A DNA stretch of 54,230 nucleotides, the filler included, from Circinaria calcarea (Eukaryota), in assembly GCA_051942165.1 (NCBI GenBank). It is 4 parts of 4 records of this genome, joined end to end, with 100 filler letters (N's around TTAATTAATTAA, not from the genome) between each part and the next. Parts side by side here need not be neighbours in the genome. Positions count along the whole stretch, not along the records: positions 40,768 to 54,230 come from JAVECS010000499.1; 3 more parts are not named here. One strand, given 5' to 3'. The translations under genes and the position numbers were made by a program. Positions 47,001 through 54,230 of the stretch are shown here, in pieces; position 1 is the stretch's first letter, and each line of letters begins with the position of its first letter. Below the pieces are notes generated by a model. The model saw nothing but the letters and a program-made list of their open reading frames with translations, was not told the DNA's origin and did no database searches.

Positions 47001-49000
47001 GTAGCTCCAAGAGAAGGGCCTTAACCCCTGAGGCACTATGATATACTTTCGTTGGCCCGTCAATGCTGGGATCGCCGCAAGCCATCATGCCTATCGCGCG
47101 GAGCATCCAAATAAATCAGGGTAGGTGATAAGCCACTTGATCAGCTGATATACCCAATATCGGAAACTTATATCGAAGGTAGCGGATGTGCATTCTTCCA
47201 TCATTCTTTCCGCACTAGTTAAGGGGGCTGGTTCGGCGAAGGTATTTCTGATAATACCCTGGACGTATACCTTGGTGTGTATTCGACTAGCAACTCCGCC
47301 GGACAGTATACTACTTGCTTCATGACTTGGTATTCTTGCTGTGCACGACTAAAGTGTCAAAGCGGTAGATGTTATTTATATCCTATCTTCCAACGGTATG
47401 CCTTTGTATTCAGACTGCGTCAATTTCCACCCTTCTAGCATGTCCTAGTCTTTTTGAGGAAACACTCAATCACCTGCTGTCCCATCCAACGAACACCACG
47501 TGGACACAGTATATGTAATAACTGATCTTATGGCAGCAAACCGGAGCAAGCTTGCGTTCCGTCTAAATTTTCGTTAGAATGTTAAAGGTGAACTAGGTAC
47601 GCCCAGGTATATAAGTCTTGGGTTTTCCCATTTGGTGGTGACGGTGCTTATTAATCTTGTCTCGTTGTTTTATCGGAGAACTGCGAATTACCATTGCGCC
47701 CTGGAAGGCCGATATGGCTGGCATGGGAATTCGGGCAGTTGTCAATCCGATAGCCTGGAACAAGGGAATATTTAAGCGCCTATGAAATGTTCGAGCAATA
47801 GAAATAGGGACAGCAATTTGAAAGGCTAGTACTAAATGAGAATATCGTGAAAACATACGGCGTATAGCTTGAAGGCAATGCGTGACATAGTTGCTCTCTT
47901 ATATTCAACCCGGTGAACTTCCTCCACCCAGTTGATGGGCGCAACCTGAAATCATATATATAGACATTCTAGCCAGATAGAAAGACATGCTTTCTAGATT
48001 AGTAGATATCCGTAGGAAGATGACGAGCAATATCGAGGTCCCGATGTAAGGCTTCCCAAAAACAAGGTGGTTGTGAGCAGTACATTGGATAATCAAAAGA
48101 AAAGAATTAATGCAAATCTAACGGGACAATGTTTTCCGCTATTGTCCAAGATCCATGGAAAGCCAGTGACCATCGGTTTCAACGTTGCGAAGATCGAAGC
48201 TATGTCGTCAACAGATTGGCAATGCTGAAATTGACTTTATAGAAAGTACAGGAGAAATGGCGAGACGTGTTTTCCTCCGCGAAGGCTGATTCGTTCTGTA
48301 AAAAGATTCAGGGAAATGAGGCGCGAGCTTATGGCAAGCAGGTTTCACATTGTTGTTCATCATTTGACGACAGCCTTGACAAAGCTTCCGAAGCTTTTCC
48401 GGAGACCTGGTGACGGCCTGCATTAGGCTTAGGAGAATAAAGGGATATGTCATACCTTTGGCAGATGGGTCAAGTACAGCGCATGCTGCCTGGTGATGCA
48501 GTAGTTTTGATGCAGCGTCTGCTTTGGGTCGCCCGTAACCGGATAGGGTGCCTCGTAGCAGGGCAGGTTGTGAGACAGCACGTCAGAGGCTGAGGACATC
48601 TCGGCTATTGAGCGCGGTTACGGCCAACCGATCCGGCTATTCCCGCTGCAGCGCTAGTCGGTTATTTTTACAGCTAATGTGCGCGCTCCCTGATCTCCAT
48701 TGCCTACGATGGGAGGCTCGCCTTGGATCATAGCCATTAGCTCGATTGCTGATAGTTCGGTCCTTGTGCCGATTAGTCAACACGAAGAGCTGGGCTCACA
48801 CCACTAGCCAGTTGCATGCAGCTCCATAGCTTCCCTGGTAGTAAACAACGATACGCTTCAGCGCACCTGTATCCGGATTTACCAGAGTGAATATGTTGGC
48901 CCTGAGATCCGACGGCAGTAAATCCAAGTTCAGTCTGTGGCTTTCGTAGGCTCGCTTCAAATGAACATCACATGGCACCACCCAAGGGCCACGCAATCGA
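44100..49000 (-). pseudogene. Probable decayed multi-exon gene remnant(s) of unknown identity
   Basis: Scattered protein-like minus-strand segments with splice signals and stops, e.g. exon-like 47945-47859 (cag|VAPINWVEEVHRVEYKRATMSRIAFKLYA|gtatgt) and RERIESVAQEYLAMRTKYEEDKEILDKTRLQ*STDKLV at about 44680-44560. Confidence 0.3.
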
Positions 49001-49615
49001 TGAGCTACAGGATGGTTCAGAGAACCGGTGATTTTGAAGGAGAGTAAATTTCTCTTGCTCCTTGCTATAAGCTATCCGATCAACTAACTGGGGTATAGTA
49101 CGAGGACCAACGTCTTGTAAGCGCCAGTCCTATCAACGCGGGGGAGATCGACAGGAGCGTTGGCGTTCAATTAGCCTTTAGAGAGTAGCATTAGACGATC
49201 AGATGACAAACGATACGCTGCCGGACACTGGAAGGCGTAGAATAAAGCAACGCCCAATTAGATTGATGATGCCAGAAGAAAAACGCGACGAAACATCGGG
49301 AAGTGGCTCCGCAATGGCCTCCTTCGACGGGTTGTTTCCTCCGTACATCCTCGTTCCGTCCATAATGAAAGATTGCACCGTGACGTTTGTTACGAATCCA
49401 TCAGTGCGGTGATGCGAATTCGTGGGATTTAGACTTGAAACCTCGCTGCTGGATCTGTCGGGACGACGGCTGTGTCGGATTCTAGTAGTGTATCAGTCTT
49501 GATGCAGTGCCGCGGGAACAAGTCAGCATATTGTACCTGGTTTTTGGAGCACAGCGCTCCACTGCGCCGAGTTATAGTTTCCACCACCCCAACTTGCTTC
49601 CCCTCGTAACCGGCG

Positions 49616-49777
49616 TCATGGGCATTGCGGACAGTTGCCAGCGACAACGATATAACGCTCATGAGGTCCCCTGGGGCATTTCCCATCCCGTGTGCCATCA
49701 TAAGAAGTGCTAATGTAGTGTATGCCCGGATCGACGCAGGAGCTGTAGACGTAGTAGTTCCGATAATACTGACACAT
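49616..49777 (-). CDS. 53-aa Cys/His-rich microprotein (putative Zn-binding), below the ORF-track cutoff
   Basis: MCQYYRNYYVYSSCVDPGIHYISTSYDGTRDGKCPRGPHERYIVVAGNCPQCP*; A at -3; two canonical upstream introns (49979-49916, 49881-49831). Confidence 0.75.
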   Translation of the reverse strand: MCQYYRNYYVYSSCVDPGIHYISTSYDGTRDGKCPRGPHERYIVVAGNCPQCP

Positions 49778-51743
49778 TATGTGAGAGCCTTCGAACGGAG
49801 TTAAGAAGCTCGATGGTTAATCCGGAGAGACTTGAAGGTTGATCAGCAACGAAGGACAGTACCCCTCATAAGACGGCTTACCTTTTTTTTTTCCCGAGGA
49901 GCTTCTCTTTCGGCACTGTGCGAATGGAAATTAGATTGGCGGTGTGATGAAGGCCTCCCGGATCGCAGTCCTCATATACTTCGGTATACAGCGGCTATCT
50001 ATGCAGAGGTTGAAATGAGCAGTGGGCCCCTTGCGTTGAGCAAAGCCCTTGGTTCTGCAAATTGCCGGTATTGAAGACTCGCTGCAGCAGCTTGTTGCAG
50101 CGGAACGGGTCGTAGAGTGGCTGTTGATGAATACCCATGGTGCTAGGAGGGATTGCTGCAAGGTCGCAGATAGACGTGCAGCCCTGAGCAAACGGTCTCC
50201 CATCTGGGCTTTCTCCACCGGTGTATTCGCGCTGCGTGGTAATCGGTCAATCATCGTGGTCGACGAGGATAATCCAAGACTGGCGTGGAAGAGGTTGATC
50301 CAGTGGTAATGTCTTTGCGCTGTTCAGTTGGAGAGCTAAGTGTGACCATGAAGGCTAGGGAGGTCAAAGCACCGCAAGGCCGAGAGAAAGAATCAATGCC
50401 AAACGACTGGGGTCAGTCTGACAGCTTGGATCTTATGCCAGGCAGCATGGCCAAATGCCGGAATTGGAGCGGGAAAAAGGCAGTTGGGGAATAAGGTAGA
50501 GGTTAGGGCCGAGGGAAGGTAAGGGTGGTACAGTAGTCCGGTGCTGTTGAGGCTCGGTAGAGGCGTTCGAAGGTCCAGAGAAGTATGATGGAACAAACTT
50601 CTTTTTCTCCCTTGTACTATCCGCTCGAGCACCTATTTTTTCACGCAGCTCGAGCACACAGTGATATGAAACGGTTCTGGGCTCGGCGGGCAGGTCTCAT
50701 GACTGACCGACCGGTGTGGTCCTGTTCCCTGGCGTCGGTACTGACCAATGATGAGTGTGTATTCAGCCAAAGTAGGAGATACAACTAGATACGGCCGCCG
50801 TCGGCGGTTACGTGATGATTGAGTCGGTGGTGCTTGGGTAGCTGGGCTACTTGCTCGTAGTCGCCGTGCAGACCGCCACAAGCACCTGGTTGGGCTTCCG
50901 CCTACGGTGCTCCACCGACAAGGGTGGAGGTAGGGGATGATGGAGCGGGCGAGCCCACACAAGTGGAGAAGAAGTCTAGCAGTAGAACCTACGGATACAG
51001 AGCCAGAGACCCAAAGGGCCGTGAGGTCAAAGAACATCCGAGTATCTATCTCGTACCGGCCAAGTCTGACAGCTGTCAGGGCTACTTGTGCAGCTGCATG
51101 GCCCAAGCGAGATGCTTGCGGATGTACCTTTCCCTTTCTGGGGCAGTATACGTTTCCTGTCGCATGTCGCATAACGAAATAGGAGGTACCCACTGGAAGT
51201 AACAGGGCGTGGGGATGCTCTCCGACCGAAGTGAGGCCTCCGGCATGCTGAGGCTCTGAATTCGAATCGAGTAATGGTAGATCGATCGGAGAGATCACCG
51301 CACCATTGACGATTTCAGGTCCGTCTTTGTAGACCGGGTCTTGACACGCATTATAACCGGCCCTCTACATTTTTATACAGCACCGGCCTGTTTTTGTCGT
51401 CGATCGGCCTCGGATCCCCCGCCCGGCACGAGCCTTACCGGATCGAGCCGGCTTCCCAAGATCCCCCAGCAACTCCCCATCAGACTTCTGTAAACAAGAA
51501 AATCATCCCCAAAGCCGTTGTGTTTCTCTTACCACACACTCGTTCCTGATAAGCACGATAGCCGCCACTCGGAAATCAACCCCCCTCCTCTTCATTCATC
51601 CCCACGTCACTCCTTCGCCCCACTAGCCCACTGATCCATCCGCTCCTCCAAAAACGGTTCTGTCCCAGAGCCCGGTCGAAGCATCTCTTTCCAATAGCAG
51701 CATCCTGGAATAGCTTCGACATCCGTCAGTCAGACACCGAGAC

Positions 51744-52862
51744 ATGGGCTTTGGCGACTTTGCTTCGATATGTCAGAAGAGCCCCCTACCGGTATGCTCC
51801 TTGCTGGGCCCGTCAAATAGCATCTCAGGCGGCGCCACGGGATATCAGGCCAATTGCTATGCGCGTAGCATCGAGCTGGCCAACACAATCATCTTCGAAG
51901 CGGCCACCGACTTTATGCACATCCTGGCCCTAGGGATGACGGCTATCATGATCATCCATGTGCGCTCCAAGTTCACGGCCGTCGGTGCGTACATGTCTCA
52001 TCTGTCTCGATTTTGCTGGATCTGATATTCTATTTTTAGGTCGCAAGGAAATCACCACCTTCTTTTACCTGTACCTGACGCTAACGCTCCTTTCACTCAT
52101 TCTCGATTCCGGCGTCATATCCTTTGGTGCAGGTGTCTATCCTTACTTCGTCGCGGTGCAGAATGGCTTGACTTCGGCGCTATGTACCTGCCTTCTCATC
52201 AACGGCTTCGTCGGCTTTCAGATGTACGAGGACGGGACAACGCAATCAGTCTGGCTTCTTCGAGGCTGCTCTGGAGCCATGTTCCTCATTACAGGCGCAG
52301 TGTCCATCCTGACGTTCAAGGGACTAGCCGGGTTGGGCCCGACTAGGACAATCGGGCTCTTCGTGGTTCTCTACCTGGTTAACGGCATCTTCATACTAGT
52401 GTACGTTGTCATGCAGGTCATCTTGGTCGCGAATACGCTCCAGGATCGATGGCCATTGGGCGACATTGCCTTTGGCGTGTTCTTTTTCGTCATCGGCCAA
52501 GTGATCCTCTATGTCTTTAGCGACACCATCTGCAACGGCGCACAACATTACCTTGATGGGCTTTTCTTCGCTACCATCTGCAATCTCCTTGCTGTTATGA
52601 TGGTCTACAAGGTACTCGATTTTTCCCCTTTCTAGCACCACTCGCCTTACTAATCCTCTCGCAGTATTGGGACTCCATCACAAAAGAAGACCTCGAATTT
52701 AGCGTTGGCGCTAAACAAGGCAACTGGGAGGTGAAAGATCAACTTCTCCCTGAGGACCATCACCGCGCAAGTGTCTACCACGATGGAACGAACTCCGACT
52801 ATGCCAGTAGCATGTACCATCAAACGGCGCAACGACATTCTGCGTATGGTGGGGGCTTCTAA
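51744..52862 (+). CDS. CHS7: Chitin synthase export chaperone Chs7, 3 exons (51744-51984, 52040-52611, 52665-52862)
   Basis: [98 protein letters not shown]. Confidence 0.97.
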
Positions 52863-54230
52863 GATATTTGACTTACGAATAATGTCTCTTTGTTACACGT
52901 ATGTAATCGCGCGCGGTTGGTATGGTTAATAAGCATTGGAAAAAGGGGTTTGGGTCCGTTATGGTAGGTTTACTACCATAGCGAGGGTACAAGAAAAGGT
53001 GGGTAACACTTTACACTTTGGGGCGGCCGGTTTGGCGAGTTCTCCTCCAATCTAGCTATATTGCGTTTTGCAAGAGACAACTACGGATTTACGAACGGAT
53101 GACTTCAAGGATGATGCCAAGATGCGGACTGACTCTACTTTAAACCCGCTCGGAGGGCAAACCTTTTTCAAAGCTATCCGTATTGTTAACAACACCCTGT
53201 TGAGTCACCTATTTCCCCACCACTGTCTTTCGACTCTCTAACTAATATCCAATGCCTATCCACCGCTCTTTAGTCTCATTATAGCACCGTCCCTTTTGCC
53301 AGTCGGCCCACCCCCGCGACTCAGAACCCAATTCTCCTGAACTCCCATCTCCCTCCCTCTCTGTGAGCAGTCACTAAAATCCAAATCAACACCTAATCCG
53401 AAAACCTGCTACGATCCTATCCAACCTGTATATCCTCTCACTGCTTATTCGCATCTCCCTTTACTCTCCTTTTTCTTCTTCCTTTTCTCCCGTACGCCCA
53501 ATCCAACCCCCCCTTTTCTCTCCCCTCGCAAAATCTCAATCCTACTGTCCTGTTTCTCTTGTCCTCTCTTGATGCAACCATTGCTTCCAATCCACAATCC
53601 ACGTCCCGGACTTCCTCTTACAAAGAGAGGGAAAAATTGAAAAGCTGACGCTGTACCGCCCGGCACCCCCTTGGGGGGGAAAAATAGAAACACGAATATG
53701 TTTTCCCCTTTTCCCCTTTGCATCACCTACCGGTTTCCATAACCTTTTATCTTGGTTTGCCTTGCCTTGCCTTGCTGATATTAAAACTTCATACCTCAGA
53801 CCGCGAACTCCCGAATTTCGGACACAAACCGGCAAAATAGCAAAGGGGAGGGGCCAGAAGTTTCTCCATCTACTAGGTGCGCCTTCTGGCTTTTTAGTCC
53901 TCCTCGACCTTTCTGTCCATTTGTTATTTCCAGCTTCCAGTTTCTCGTTTCCGGTTTCCCCTTTTCTCTCAAGCCGTGCAAAATTCCAAACACTGTACGG
54001 CATGGCACAACCCTCCTTCCTTCCTTCCTTCCTTCCTATCCTTTCCTCCCTTTCCATCCCTCCTTTCCTTTCCAGGGGCCCCTCCCACCCACACGTTTTT
54101 TTTTTTTGGAAAAAGTTACCTCCGGAAATCTCCCCCGGGACAGATTGGTCTGGGTTCAGGAGGACTCTGGTGCGGTAGGTAGGTAGTTTAATGTCCAGAG
54201 TTACGGGGTTCAGCAGCGGTATCTGAAAGC

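Noticed and set aside
50633..51298. 221-aa minus-strand ORF
   Set aside because: GTG start, no recognisable domain or splice support. It lies between the microprotein leader and the CHS7 promoter.
53400..54140. Homopolymer-rich tract with ORFs of 93-171 aa, sharing CCCCCCCAAGGGGG (inverted) with 32381-32394
   Set aside because: Low-complexity, run-inflated sequence (also 31580-31800 and 32240-32900) that suggests low-quality consensus. The ORFs are compositionally biased, and the 14-nt match is mostly homopolymer, not a credible terminal inverted repeat.

Overview
Intron-containing fungal nuclear DNA from a filamentous ascomycete (Pezizomycotina). It is a scaffold of four contigs joined by 100-nt N/TTAATTAATTAA/N spacers. 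Exon structures were reconstructed by hand. Complete genes: cytosolic LeuRS, a small conserved hypothetical protein, a DOCK-family GEF, an F-box protein, an 11-exon SR/RRM Gbp2/Hrb1 (SnxA-like) gene, COQ9, an Mtf2-like gene, CMR1, a Cys-rich Mid2/Wsc-like sensor, YRA1, VPS24, SBA1 (p23) and CHS7. Gap-truncated genes: a RID/Masc1 cytosine methyltransferase, a second F-box gene, a hydrolase-like C-terminus and a hypothetical gene. Items the ORF track misses or fragments: an SRP RNA gene with Pol III signals, a second T-terminated hairpin just downstream of it, a 53-aa Cys/His microprotein gene with two 5'-UTR introns, a decayed HET-6-like pseudogene, and a HET gene with one in-frame stop. The two mRNA-export adaptor genes carry unusually long (1.1 and 1.8 kb) introns that are probably regulatory. 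No CRISPR, rRNA, tRNA or intact transposon was recognised. All homology calls come from motif recognition and recall, not from database searches.
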